NCBI GenBank assembly: GCA_039809465.1
Contig: JBDHVB010000001.1
Span: 10,465-74,464 of the forward strand
Source: Myxococcota bacterium
Lineage (GTDB): Bacteria; Myxococcota; XYA12-FULL-58-9; JALHOP01
DNA length: 64,000 nucleotides
Direction: 5' to 3'
Positions within the stretch are counted from its first letter, which is position 1; each line of letters begins with the position of its first letter. A program made the translations under genes and the position numbers. Below the pieces are notes generated by a model. The model was not told the DNA's origin, searched no databases, and saw only the letters and a program-made list of their open reading frames with translations. Shown one piece after another: positions 46,424 to 55,956 of the stretch.

Positions 46424-46870
46424 ATGAAGTGCATCGAATGCGGCTCGGCCATGAAGGCCGCCAAGGTGCCGCACAAGATTGTCGTCGCGATGAAGACCTA
46501 CTCAGGGCAGGTCGCTGCGATGGTGTGCTCGAAGGGTCACGAGCTGATCGACGGGAAGGACCTCGGTCGCTTTGAGGTCAGCGTCGCTGCGGCGGTCGCG
46601 AACAGCGGACAGGTCAACGGTGAGACGTTTCGCTTCATGCGCAAAGCGATCGGGCTTTCTGCGGTCGAGCTCGCGCCGTTGCTGGACACCACGCCGGAAA
46701 CCATTTCGCGATGGGAGAACGGCAAGATGACCGTCGACAGGCCATCATGGGTTACGCTTGGCGGACTGGCGGTCGAGCGCGACGAAGAGCGCGACGAGCT
46801 ATTCGACCGACTCACGCGCCTCGCCGCCGGCAAGGTGTCGCCGGCGAAGACTGTGAAGATCGCGTCATGA
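46424..46870 (+). CDS. MqsA-like antitoxin (N-terminal YgiT-type zinc finger plus C-terminal XRE HTH)
   Basis: MKCIECGSAMK...VCSKGHE zinc ribbon. FMRKAIGLSAVELAPLLDTTPETISRWENGK HTH. Confidence 0.6.
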   Translation: MKCIECGSAMKAAKVPHKIVVAMKTYSGQVAAMVCSKGHELIDGKDLGRFEVSVAAAVANSGQVNGETFRFMRKAIGLSAVELAPLLDTTPETISRWENGKMTVDRPSWVTLGGLAVERDEERDELFDRLTRLAAGKVSPAKTVKIAS

Positions 46871-47058
46871 ACGGGACTTGGCGACCACCGAGCTCTACCT
46901 GTCGACGACCTACGTGCGCGCGTCTGCAATCGCTGGCGCGGCCGCCGACGCCTACGGGCTCGTCTTACCCGGACCACCTCACCCGGACCACCCACCCACC
47001 GAGCAGAACACCACCGTCATCGATGCAGCGGAGAAGCTTGAGATGATTGAGCAAATCA

Positions 47059-47134
47059 TGGAGCGGGCGACGAGGCTCGAACTCGCGACCCCAAGCTTGG
47101 GAAGCTTGTGCTCTACCAACTGAGCTACACCCGC
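47059..47134 (-). tRNA. tRNA-Gly (anticodon CCC)
   Basis: Cloverleaf folds by hand. Acceptor GCGGGTG/CGCCCGC. D-arm GCTC-AGTTGGTA-GAGC. Anticodon stem CAAGC/GCTTG with loop TTCCCAA. T-arm GCGAG-TTCGAGC-CTCGT. CCA encoded. Confidence 0.8.
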
Positions 47135-47186
47135 GCTCCGGGAGCGATGGGTATCCAGTCAGGGGGCGCGGTGTCAACGGCGTCCG

Positions 47187-47969
47187 TTAGTAAGGCGCCT
47201 TCGAGAGCAAACGGTAGCCGGTCTCGGTGACCACGAGGATGTCCTCGACGCGCACCCCGAAGCCTTCGCGCGACAGGTAGACGCCGGGCTCGACGGTGAT
47301 GACGTCGCCGACCTTCAGTTTGTAGCCCGCGCCCTGCTGGATGTAGGGCTGCTCGTGGACCTTGCGGCCGACGCCGTGGCCGACCGCGTGGGGGATCGAG
47401 AAGCCTTGCTGGCGCAGGTAGTCGCGGGAGGCCTTGTCGATGTCGCCGGCCGCGACGCCAGGCTTCACCATGGCGAGGCCGCGCTTCTGGGCTTCGTGGA
47501 CCATGGTCCAGACCTCACGCTGGCGGGCCGTCGGCTCGCCGATGAAGAACGTGCGGGTCACGTCGCTGCACCAGGGGCCGTCGGGACCTTCGTAGCGCGC
47601 GCCGATGTCGACCATGACGATGTCGTTGGCCTCGAGCTTGCGGTCGCTCGGGACGCCGTGGATGTCGGTCGTGCCCTTGCCGAAGACCGAGATGGTCGGG
47701 AACGACAGGCCCATGCCGTTCGCCTTGAAGTGAGCCTCGATGACGTCGCGCGCTTCCTTCTCGGTCATGCCTGGCTTCAGGACGGCCTTGAGCGCGGCGA
47801 AGGCGCCGTCGGTGACCTTGGTGGCCTGCTCGATGAGCTCGACGCGGTCGGCGGTTCTGGCGGACTGCGGGGCGAGAGGCGCGCGGGCGCCGGCTAGGAC
47901 GTTGACGCCGGTGGAGGCGCTCGCGTCATTGGCGACGCGGCTCGGACCCTGGATGCGATGGATGGACAT
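47187..47969 (-). CDS. M24-family metallopeptidase (catalytic pita-bread domain only)
   Basis: HAVGHGVGRKVHE and VEPGVY metal-ligand motifs. Short N-terminus. Confidence 0.7.
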   Translation of the reverse strand: MSIHRIQGPSRVANDASASTGVNVLAGARAPLAPQSARTADRVELIEQATKVTDGAFAALKAVLKPGMTEKEARDVIEAHFKANGMGLSFPTISVFGKGTTDIHGVPSDRKLEANDIVMVDIGARYEGPDGPWCSDVTRTFFIGEPTARQREVWTMVHEAQKRGLAMVKPGVAAGDIDKASRDYLRQQGFSIPHAVGHGVGRKVHEQPYIQQGAGYKLKVGDVITVEPGVYLSREGFGVRVEDILVVTETGYRLLSKAPY

Positions 47970-48091
47970 GGCTGATTCCTGTGGAGGGACCACCCAGTAT
48001 CGATGTGGGGCGCTGGCGGTTGCTAACGCCGTCTTGACGCGCAGCGCCGGCATCGCGATCCTAAGCCGCCCACCCCACGAGAGGAGCGACC

Positions 48092-48520
48092 ATGTTGCGC
48101 ACTTGCCGAGCTTGCGGTGCTCAGAACCGCGTGCCCGCGAAGTTCCTCGCCATGAAAGGTAAGTGCGGCAGCTGCAAGACCGAGCTCCCGCCGGTCGACT
48201 CCCCCATCGACGTCGATGCCGGCGCCTTCGACGAGCTGGTCGCGGAGGCCAAGGTGCCGGTGCTCGTCGACTTCTGGGCGAGCTGGTGTGGCCCCTGCAA
48301 GATGGCCGCCCCCGAGGTCTCGAAGGTCGCGCGCGAGAAGGCCGGCGCCGCCTTGGTCCTCAAGGTGGACACCGACCGCTACCCGGAGCTCGCTGCCCGT
48401 TATGGCGTACAGGGCATTCCCAACTTCGTGGTCTTCCGCGACGGCGCCAAGGTGTTCCAGCACGCGGGCCTCACGCGGTCGGCGGACATGAGCGGGTGGC
48501 TCGCGAAGCCGAAGGTCTGA
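48092..48520 (+). CDS. trxC: thioredoxin 2 with N-terminal zinc finger
   Basis: CRACG...CGSCK zinc finger plus WASWCGPCK active site. Confidence 0.8.
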   Translation: MLRTCRACGAQNRVPAKFLAMKGKCGSCKTELPPVDSPIDVDAGAFDELVAEAKVPVLVDFWASWCGPCKMAAPEVSKVAREKAGAALVLKVDTDRYPELAARYGVQGIPNFVVFRDGAKVFQHAGLTRSADMSGWLAKPKV

Positions 48521-48528
48521 TGGGCGCG

Positions 48529-50556
48529 TCAGCGCTTGGTCCACCTCTTCAGCCAGCTCTCCACGGTCTCATGCCACTGGACGCTGTTCTGCGGCTTCAT
48601 CACCCAGTGGTTCTCGTTGGGGAAGTAAAGCAGCTGTGAGGGGACGCCGCGGCTCTGCAGCGCCGTGAAGGTCGACAAGCCTTGCTCGAGCGGGACGCGG
48701 AAGTCGTTGCCGCCGTGCACGACGAGCATCGGGACCTTCCACTTGCCGACGTACTGCGCCGGGTTGAACTGCTCGTAGCTCTCGGGGTGCTCGTAGTACT
48801 TGCCGCCGTGCTCCCACTCCTCGAACCACTGCTCTTCCGTGCTGTACGCCATCGAGCGGCTGTCGAAGATCCCGTCGTGGTTCACCAGGCACTTCCACGG
48901 GTCCTGCCACTTGCCGGCGATCCAGTTGACCATGAAGCCGCCGTACGAGGCGCCGAGCGCGCAGGCGCGGGTGGCGTCGAGGAACTTGTACGTCTTGACG
49001 GCGTGGGCCCAGCCCTTCTGCAGATCCTCGAGTGGCTTGCCACCCCAGTCGTGGCTGATCGAATCGGTGAACGCTTGGCCGTAGCCCGTCGACCCGTGGA
49101 AATCGATGGCCACGGCGACGAAGCCCGCCGCGGCGTAGGTCTGCGGATTCCAGCGGTAGTGCCAGTGATTGCCGAAGCTGCCCTGCGGTCCGCCATGGAT
49201 GAGCATGACGGCGGGGTAGGTCTGGCCAGCCACGAAGCCCGCGGGCTTCACGACGTGCCCGTAGACCATCTCGCCGTTCCAGCCCTCGAAGCTGAACTGC
49301 TCGAACTCGCCTAGCGCGACCGACTCCATGCGCTCGTCGTTGTGGTGCGTGAGCTGTTCGCGCTGACCCTGGAGAGACACGCGGTAGAGCTGGCCGGGAG
49401 AGCGCAGGTCGTCGATGACCGCGATGACGGAGCTCGGGCCGACCGCGACGCCGCTGACGTAGCCCTTGTCGGTGAGACCCTTCACCGCGCCGCCCGCCGT
49501 GTCCATGGTGAAGATGCGCTTCTGGCCGACATCGTCCGCTGTAACGAACAGGGTCTTGCCGTCGGGCGACCAAGCGACGCTGTCCGCCGAGCGGTCCCAG
49601 CCGCCGTTCAGGTCACGCGCCGGGCCGCCGCTGGTCGAGGAGATCATGACGGCGTAGCGATCCGCCTCGAAGCCGGCGCGCTTCATCGAGCGCCAAACGA
49701 TCTGCTTGCCGTCGGGAGAGACCACGGGGCTCGTGTCGGTCGCGAGGTTGCCGCTCGTGAGGTTCACGGGCTTCGACGTGCCCTCCATCGTCACCTTGTA
49801 GACGTCGAGGTTCGTGCTCCACGGCTCGGTGCGGCCGGCGATGCGCGCCGTGAAGTAGAAGGTCTTGCCGTCTGGCGAGAAGGACCACTCCTCGTCGTCG
49901 CCGAAGGGCTTGGACGGCACGTCGCCGTCGATGCTGCGCGACAGACGCACCGGCTCGCCGGCCGCGCCCGGCGTCACCAGATACGCATGACTGCGCATGC
50001 CGTTCGCCCAGGTGTCCCAGTGACGCACGAACATGGCGTCATAGAGCTGGCCGGTCGTCTTGGTGGCTCTCTTCGCCTCGAGGCGCTGCTTGGTGCACGC
50101 GAGGGTCGGGCAATCCGGATACACCTCGAGCGCGACGACGAGGCGCTCCTTGCCTGGGGTGACCGCGAAAGCGTTCACGTCGAACGGCAGCGACGTGACG
50201 GCCTGGGGCTCGCCGCCGGTGACGGGCATCTTGAAGACTTGCTGCACGTCGTCCTTGGGCGACAGGAAGTAGATCGAGTTGCCGTCGTTCGAGAAGCGCG
50301 GTGAGGCGCTCTCGACGCCAGGCTTGCTCAGGCGGCGGGTCTCTTTACTCTCGAGCTCGAGGAGCCACACCGAGTGCACGCCCTTGTTCGCGTCCCAATC
50401 CGTTTCACGCAGCTCGTAGACCACGCGCTTACCGTCCGGCGACACGCGCGGCTTGGCGACGCGCTCGAGGCGCACCAGATCCTGGGCGGTGAAGGGCTTC
50501 TTGGCGGGTGAAGCGGGTGAGGCGATTGCCACGACCAGAGCGAGGATGACATGCAT
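48529..50556 (-). CDS. secreted S9-family serine peptidase (prolyl oligopeptidase / acylaminoacyl-peptidase type)
   Basis: Signal peptide. N-terminal beta-propeller. GASYGGFM nucleophile elbow. C-terminal D/H region. Confidence 0.8.
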   Translation of the reverse strand: MHVILALVVAIASPASPAKKPFTAQDLVRLERVAKPRVSPDGKRVVYELRETDWDANKGVHSVWLLELESKETRRLSKPGVESASPRFSNDGNSIYFLSPKDDVQQVFKMPVTGGEPQAVTSLPFDVNAFAVTPGKERLVVALEVYPDCPTLACTKQRLEAKRATKTTGQLYDAMFVRHWDTWANGMRSHAYLVTPGAAGEPVRLSRSIDGDVPSKPFGDDEEWSFSPDGKTFYFTARIAGRTEPWSTNLDVYKVTMEGTSKPVNLTSGNLATDTSPVVSPDGKQIVWRSMKRAGFEADRYAVMISSTSGGPARDLNGGWDRSADSVAWSPDGKTLFVTADDVGQKRIFTMDTAGGAVKGLTDKGYVSGVAVGPSSVIAVIDDLRSPGQLYRVSLQGQREQLTHHNDERMESVALGEFEQFSFEGWNGEMVYGHVVKPAGFVAGQTYPAVMLIHGGPQGSFGNHWHYRWNPQTYAAAGFVAVAIDFHGSTGYGQAFTDSISHDWGGKPLEDLQKGWAHAVKTYKFLDATRACALGASYGGFMVNWIAGKWQDPWKCLVNHDGIFDSRSMAYSTEEQWFEEWEHGGKYYEHPESYEQFNPAQYVGKWKVPMLVVHGGNDFRVPLEQGLSTFTALQSRGVPSQLLYFPNENHWVMKPQNSVQWHETVESWLKRWTKR

Positions 50557-50597
50557 GCCGGACGCGATAGCGCGTTCACAGCATCCAAGGGAAGCAC

Positions 50598-51473
50598 ATG
50601 CGCATCGGCATCGACCTGGGTGGGACCAAGACCGAAGGCGTCCTCTTGGCGCCCGATGGCAGCATCGTGCACCGCGAGCGCCGGCCGACCCCGGCGAGCG
50701 AGGGCTACGACGCCATCCTCGGCACCATCGTCAGCCTGATCTTGGAGCTCAAGAAGCGCGCGGGGCGCCCATGCTCGATCGGCATCGGCACGCCCGGCTC
50801 GATCTCGGTGAAGACGGGCATGCTCAAGAACTCGAACACCCAGTGCTTGAACGGCATGCCGCTCCAGCAAGACCTGCAAGCGACGTTGACCCAGGACGTG
50901 CGCATTCAGAACGACGCCAACTGCTTCGCCCTGGCCGAGGCCGTGAGCGGCGCGGGGCGCGGTCACCGCGTGGTCTTCGGGGTCATCTTGGGGACGGGCG
51001 TCGGCGGCGGCATCGTCGTCGACCGCGTGGTGCATGACGGACCGAATCACGTGGCGGGAGAGTGGGGCCACAACGTCCTCGACCCCGATGGACCCGACTG
51101 CTATTGCGGCAAGAAAGGCTGCGTCGAGACCTTGCTCTCGGGCCCCGCCATTGCCCGCGATGACGGACGCGGTCTCGACGGCCCCGAGGTCGTCGGGCGC
51201 GCCGAGGCGGGTGAGCCCCATGCGCTACGCACCATGGAGCGCTACGTGCAGCGGCTGGGCAAGGCGCTCTCGTATGTGGTCAACATCCTCGACCCGGACG
51301 TCATCGTGCTGGGCGGCGGTTTGTCGTCCATCCCACGGCTCACCCGCGACACCGTGCCCGCTATCGCGAGCGCCATCTTCAACGACACCTTCGCCACCCC
51401 TGTTCTGAAGAACGAGCTTGGCGACTCGGCTGGGGTCATTGGTGCAGCGTGGCTCTGGCCTGTCGGAGCGTAG
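50598..51473 (+). CDS. ROK-family sugar kinase
   Basis: IGIDLGGTK, and the zinc motif CYCGKKGCVE preceded by GEWGH. Confidence 0.75.
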   Translation: MRIGIDLGGTKTEGVLLAPDGSIVHRERRPTPASEGYDAILGTIVSLILELKKRAGRPCSIGIGTPGSISVKTGMLKNSNTQCLNGMPLQQDLQATLTQDVRIQNDANCFALAEAVSGAGRGHRVVFGVILGTGVGGGIVVDRVVHDGPNHVAGEWGHNVLDPDGPDCYCGKKGCVETLLSGPAIARDDGRGLDGPEVVGRAEAGEPHALRTMERYVQRLGKALSYVVNILDPDVIVLGGGLSSIPRLTRDTVPAIASAIFNDTFATPVLKNELGDSAGVIGAAWLWPVGA

Positions 51474-51492
51474 AGACTTGGGCTGAAATACG

Positions 51493-51561
51493 TAGCTCAG
51501 TTGGTAGAGCACAAGCTTCCCAAGCTGAGGGTCGCGGGTTCGAGCCCCGTTGCCCGCTCCA
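51493..51561 (+). pseudogene. degenerate partial copy of tRNA-Gly(CCC), D-arm to CCA
   Basis: About 88% identical to positions 8-76 of the 47059-47134 tRNA. Two substitutions break the anticodon stem. No complementary 5' acceptor strand upstream. Confidence 0.55.
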
Positions 51562-51719
51562 TCAAATCGACCACTTACGCGATCGGCGGCTCGCGAGTGG
51601 GAAACATCGGTGGGAAACAGGTTTCCCACTTGTCCCAGCGCGCACGATCGAACCCGGGACCCTCAACGATCGCGTCAACGTCGCGGAGCGTCGGCGCGTC
51701 GTGCTAGGCCAGAGGCGAG

Positions 51720-52517
51720 ATGGATGACTTCATCGACCCCTCGTGGCACTTCATCGAAGCGGTTGACGTGATCTCCTCCCGGCATCGACCGGGCGGCCAC
51801 GGCTCCGGCCCTCAGCGCAACTCCTTGATCGAAGCGTGGGCTCATATCGTCGGTAGGGACCGTGCGAGTCTCGAGCTTCAACAAACGCTTCAGCACTTTG
51901 GATCGTTCACGGCAGCGTGCAGAGCCCTGAGTATCACTCCGCCAACGATGAAGCGGTTCCTGCGCACCTTTGCATCCATGCCTTCGATCGGTAGCGGGGA
52001 GGGACTGGCGATCTACTTCGCGGCGCCCCTCGCACCCGTGGAGCGCTTTCTCGTTGAGGGCGTCATTGTTACGGTGCTCGGTCGTGAGACGACGTGTCGG
52101 CTAGTCGAACTACGCGACGTTGAGCACGGGGTTGTCATGCGCTTCTCGGGGGCGACTGTCGGCGACCTCTGCCGCGTTGGCGACGCACTTTGGCATTCGT
52201 TCTGGCGGCAAGACCGCTCATGGCTCCTCCGCCATGGCATCGATATCGATGCCATGCCCGATGAGTCGCTCAGGTCAAAGCTCGACGACATCCATAGGAA
52301 GATAGAGGCAATCGAGTTGCGGCAGCCCTCGAGTGATGCCGTCGAGATGCTCAACGATCAGGGCGCCAAGCATGTTCTGGAGAAGGACCGTCGTGTTGTT
52401 CAGACGTGGGGGCAACGCCTGCTGCCCGGCATTGCCAAGAAAGCTGTGCAATTCACACTTGGCGCAGCCGCAGAGGAAATGATCGGACAGGTAACCGATG
52501 CCGCCCTCGAGAAATGA
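51720..52517 (+). CDS. hypothetical protein (lower-GC, island-borne)
   Basis: ORF with no recognised motif, next to the tRNA fragment. Confidence 0.35.
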   Translation: MDDFIDPSWHFIEAVDVISSRHRPGGHGSGPQRNSLIEAWAHIVGRDRASLELQQTLQHFGSFTAACRALSITPPTMKRFLRTFASMPSIGSGEGLAIYFAAPLAPVERFLVEGVIVTVLGRETTCRLVELRDVEHGVVMRFSGATVGDLCRVGDALWHSFWRQDRSWLLRHGIDIDAMPDESLRSKLDDIHRKIEAIELRQPSSDAVEMLNDQGAKHVLEKDRRVVQTWGQRLLPGIAKKAVQFTLGAAAEEMIGQVTDAALEK

Positions 52518-52548
52518 AACCTGACCATCGAGATCCGGTCCTACTTCT

Positions 52549-52782
52549 TCACAGCACTCGGAGGCGCGGCAGCTGAGCGGTCAACGCGCTTCGGTCGGGC
52601 CAGCGCTCGTTTTGTAGTCGCGTGTGCCAGGTAGGCGCGCAAGTTAGGCCACCGCCCGTACTGAGACGTTTCCTCGCCATCGCGATAGAAGCGTCGCCGA
52701 TATCGCATCCGAGAAAAGACCGGCCGAGCTGAAGCGCCGCAACCCCAGCGCTCGCCGAGCCCATGAACGGGTCACAGACCAC
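52549..52782 (-). pseudogene. C-terminal fragment of a DNA methyltransferase
   Basis: DPFMGSASAGVAALQLGRSFLGCDI matches the AdoMet-binding motif of N4/N6 MTases. The upstream catalytic part is absent. Confidence 0.5.
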
Positions 52783-52790
52783 TTCGTTGG

Positions 52791-53000
52791 GTGACGAGCT
52801 TTGGTGTCCGCGATCGCGCAGCGGTGTACCTGCTCTTCCTCGGCCTTCGCGTGAGCGAAGTCGTGGGTCTCGACGTCAGTGACGTGCGGCTCGGGTCGCG
52901 CGTCACGTGCTCAGCTGTTGGCGCTCGTCTGAATCCGCAGAAATTTGAACCGCTCGCCGTCCCCCGATCCTCAAGGCTGCGAGTAATTTCGGCTCGTTGA
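52791..53000 (+). pseudogene. tyrosine recombinase/integrase fragment
   Basis: RDRAAVYLLFLGLRVSEVVGLDVSDV matches the box I region. The frame degenerates afterwards. Confidence 0.45.
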
Positions 53001-53649
53001 TCGCTTTGCGTAGCGTTCGGAGTGGCGAGGCGGAGTGAGGAGGCCGGGGTTAGCAGCCCGGCGTCTCCTCGAGTGTCGGTGGGCGGAGTTAGTGCCTTCG
53101 ACTTGGTCGTCGTCGCACGCCATCGCGCCGCCGTCCAATTTTGAGCTCCGCTTGCGCGAGCAAGCGTGTCCGATGCGGCGTCTCTTCGTTTGGTCGTTTG
53201 CGCATGGCCGAGTTGCCGTCGCGTGTTCTACCTATGCTCGCGCTGCGATCGCGGACAGCGTTACTACTCGGTGCCGTGTCGCCACGCGGCGCGTTGCCGC
53301 TCGGTTCGTGAAGCCGGCGCGCGCCACCAGCGCTCACGCGAGGGGACGCCGCGATCACGCCGAGCGCCAACGCCGCTACCGCAACAACGTGACGCATCAG
53401 GGTCGGCAGAAACTTGCAGGGTCTTTAGAACCGTCTCATGCCACACCTGCGGTCATCGTGTCCGTCGCTGTCGCGCTCAACGAGAGGTCGCTCGATGCTT
53501 TGCAAATTCACCGCCTGTCAGTCGTGCGGTGCGTCCGCTGCGGCCGGGGCGCCAGCTTTACACTCCATCATCTGTTGTCCGCATCCGCGCACACGCGACG
53601 CCGCTCCCGTCGGTCGCGCGGTCCACCCCGGCGCTAGTCAGCTCGCACC

Positions 53650-55161
53650 GTGATCGAGCACGAGCTCCACAACCGCATCCGCCGACTCTACTTCGGCGAG
53701 CACTGGCGCGTCGGCACCATCGCGAGCGAGCTGGGCATCCATCATGACGTCGTCCGCCGCGTCATCGGCAGCGCCGGCTTCAACGACTGGCGCACGGCGC
53801 GGCCAGTTCGGGCGACGCTGCTCGAGCCCTACCATGGGTTCATTGCCCAGACCCTGGAGGCTCATCCACGTCTTCGCGCGACACGGCTCTTCGAGATGGT
53901 CCGCTCACGCGGATATGCCGGGAGCGTCGTCCAGCTGCGCCGCTACGTGCGCTCGGTGCGACCGCGTCAGAAACACGAGGCGTTCTTGCAGCTCGTCACG
54001 CTCCCCGGCGAGCAGGCGCAGGTCGACTGGGGCGCCTTCGGCTCAGTCCGCGTCGGCTCCGCCAAGCGGTCGCTGTCGTGCTTCGTGCTGGTCTTGTCGT
54101 ACTCGCGCGCCATGGCCGCGCGCTTTGCCTTGGACCAAACCATGGAGAGCTTCGTGCGCGGCCACATCCACGCCTTCGAGACTTTGGGCGGTGTCCCGCG
54201 CTCCATCCTCTACGATAACCTAAAGAGCGCTGTCCTCGAGCGCGACGGTAACCACGTGCGCTTTCATCCGCACCTGCTCGAGCTCGCCGGGCACTACCAC
54301 TTCGCGCCCAAGCCCTGCGCGCCCTATCGCGCGAACGAGAAAGGAAAGGTCGAGCGAGCCATTCGCTACCTACGCGATGCCTTCTTCGCCGCGCGCTCAT
54401 TCACCTCGGTCGATGACTTGAACGCACAGCTCGCCGAGTGGTTGGGCCGCGTCGCACATCAACGCGTGCGGCCAACCGCCGCCGACCGCTCGAGCGTCGC
54501 GGAGGCGCGCACCGAGGAGCGACCTTGTCTGCTGCCCCTGCCAGAGCATCGCTTCGCCACCGAGCGCGTCGTCGTCGTGCGGATCGGCAAGCGCCCTTAC
54601 GCGCGCTTCGACTTGAATGATTACTCCGTGCCGCCGGCTCACGTCGGCACAACGCTCACGCTGCTCGCGAGCGAAACGCGCGTGCGCCTTGCTGATGGCG
54701 CAGGCCGCGTCGTCGCCGAGCATGCCCGCTCGTACGACCGAGGCTGTGTCGTCGAGGACGCAAGCCACGCCGCGGCTCTCACCGCGCAGAAGCAGGCGGC
54801 GCGTGAGCTGCGTGGCCGTGACGCTCTGCGCAGTCATGTCACAAACCTCGATGCTTTCCTCGAAGCGCTGCTCGCCCGCGATGAACCGCTCCGCCGAGCC
54901 GTGCGCACCCTCCACGGCCTCGTTGACCGCTATGGCGGCGCGCTTGTCACTCGCGCCATCACCGAGGCCCTCGAGCGCGGCACCGTCAGTGACGCCGCCG
55001 TCGAGCATATTTGCGACCGCATGCGGCGGGCGCGCGGTGTCCAGCCGGTCCTCACGCACGTCGGCTTCGCCGACCCGCGTGCCGCGGCCCTTCGCGTCAC
55101 AGCCCATAACCTCACGGACTACGATGCTCTGCTCGGCCGCAACGAGCCGGAGGAGTCATGA
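53650..55161 (+). CDS. istA: IS21 family transposase IstA
   Basis: N-terminal HTH and a DDE core (QVDWG...LVLSYSR...YDN...ERA). Confidence 0.85.
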   Translation: MIEHELHNRIRRLYFGEHWRVGTIASELGIHHDVVRRVIGSAGFNDWRTARPVRATLLEPYHGFIAQTLEAHPRLRATRLFEMVRSRGYAGSVVQLRRYVRSVRPRQKHEAFLQLVTLPGEQAQVDWGAFGSVRVGSAKRSLSCFVLVLSYSRAMAARFALDQTMESFVRGHIHAFETLGGVPRSILYDNLKSAVLERDGNHVRFHPHLLELAGHYHFAPKPCAPYRANEKGKVERAIRYLRDAFFAARSFTSVDDLNAQLAEWLGRVAHQRVRPTAADRSSVAEARTEERPCLLPLPEHRFATERVVVVRIGKRPYARFDLNDYSVPPAHVGTTLTLLASETRVRLADGAGRVVAEHARSYDRGCVVEDASHAAALTAQKQAARELRGRDALRSHVTNLDAFLEALLARDEPLRRAVRTLHGLVDRYGGALVTRAITEALERGTVSDAAVEHICDRMRRARGVQPVLTHVGFADPRAAALRVTAHNLTDYDALLGRNEPEES

Positions 55162-55910
55162 GCGCGCTCGCAGCAGACTTGAAGGCGATTGGACTCACCC
55201 ACACGGCGCAGGTGGTCAACGACCTCATCGCCGAAGCGACCCAGAAGCGGCTCGCCCCTGCGCAGCTGCTCGAGCGTATCGTACGCGCCGAGCTTGCAGA
55301 ACGGACGCGCCGGGGTTTCGAGCGCCGGTTCACGCGAAGCCGCATTGGCCGCTTCAAACCCGTTGCAGACTTCGATTGGGCCTGGCCCAAACGTATCGAC
55401 AAGGACGCCGTCGAGGCGGCGCTCACACTCGAGTTCATCACCGCCGCCAGAAACGTCGTCCTGGTCGCGCCGCAGGGGCTCGGAAAGACGATGCTCGCCA
55501 AGAACATCGCGCACGCGGCTCTCACTGCCGGCTACTCCGTTCTCTTTGTTTCTGCGTCGCAGATGCTTCTCGACCTTGCAGCCCAGGACTCGGCGCGCTC
55601 ACTCGAGCGACGCATCCGCCATTACGGACGGCCGGCGCTCTTGTGCATCGATGAAGTTGGGTATCTGTCCTACGACACGCGCAACGCGGACCTGCCTTTT
55701 CAGATCATCAGCCGCCACTACGAGCTCAAGAGCATCGTGCTCACGACGAACCTCGCCTTCAGCGACTGGCCGACGGTCTTTCCCAACGCTACGTCCGCCA
55801 CTGCCCTCATCGACCGCACCATTCATCACGCCGACATCATTGCCATCGAAGGCGACAGCTATCGACGCCGTGAAGCCCAGCTCGACAAAAAGGCCAAGAA
55901 GCGCGCCTGA
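55158..55910 (+). CDS. istB: IS21 helper ATPase IstB
   Basis: VLVAPQGLGKT Walker A and LLCIDEVGY Walker B. ATGA overlap with istA. Confidence 0.85.
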   Translation: MSALAADLKAIGLTHTAQVVNDLIAEATQKRLAPAQLLERIVRAELAERTRRGFERRFTRSRIGRFKPVADFDWAWPKRIDKDAVEAALTLEFITAARNVVLVAPQGLGKTMLAKNIAHAALTAGYSVLFVSASQMLLDLAAQDSARSLERRIRHYGRPALLCIDEVGYLSYDTRNADLPFQIISRHYELKSIVLTTNLAFSDWPTVFPNATSATALIDRTIHHADIIAIEGDSYRRREAQLDKKAKKRA

Positions 55911-55956
55911 CGGGCGGCGCTCGTCCAAATTTACGCGGTTTCAGGTGAGCGCCAAC

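Larger units (their letters stand above)
53600..55950 (+). mobile_element. IS21-family insertion sequence (istA-istB); ends approximate
   Basis: Overlapping istA/istB. Imperfect ~20-bp direct repeats CAAATTYACSGC...TCAG at 53502-53522 and 55927-55947. Terminal inverted repeats not resolved. Confidence 0.6.

Noticed and set aside
48569-50304. 334-aa (-) and 320-aa (+) alternative frames inside the S9 peptidase gene
   Set aside because: Arg/Pro-rich off-frames. The peptidase frame carries the GASYGG elbow and propeller repeats.
51493-51561. Possible second functional tRNA-Gly on the plus strand
   Set aside because: The anticodon stem has two mismatches (CAAGC vs GCTGA) and no complementary 5' acceptor strand upstream. 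Treated as a remnant. A tRNAscan run should confirm.
53035-53637. ORFs with a Cys-rich stretch (CAWPSCRRVFYLCSRCDRG) left of IS21, possible transposase zinc-binding fragment
   Set aside because: Too short and degenerate to assign. The frames are Arg-rich and mutually overlapping. Left as unannotated IS-flank debris.
54397-55654. 236-aa (-) and 345-aa (+) ORFs within istA/istB
   Set aside because: Off-frame or antisense within a recognisable IS21.
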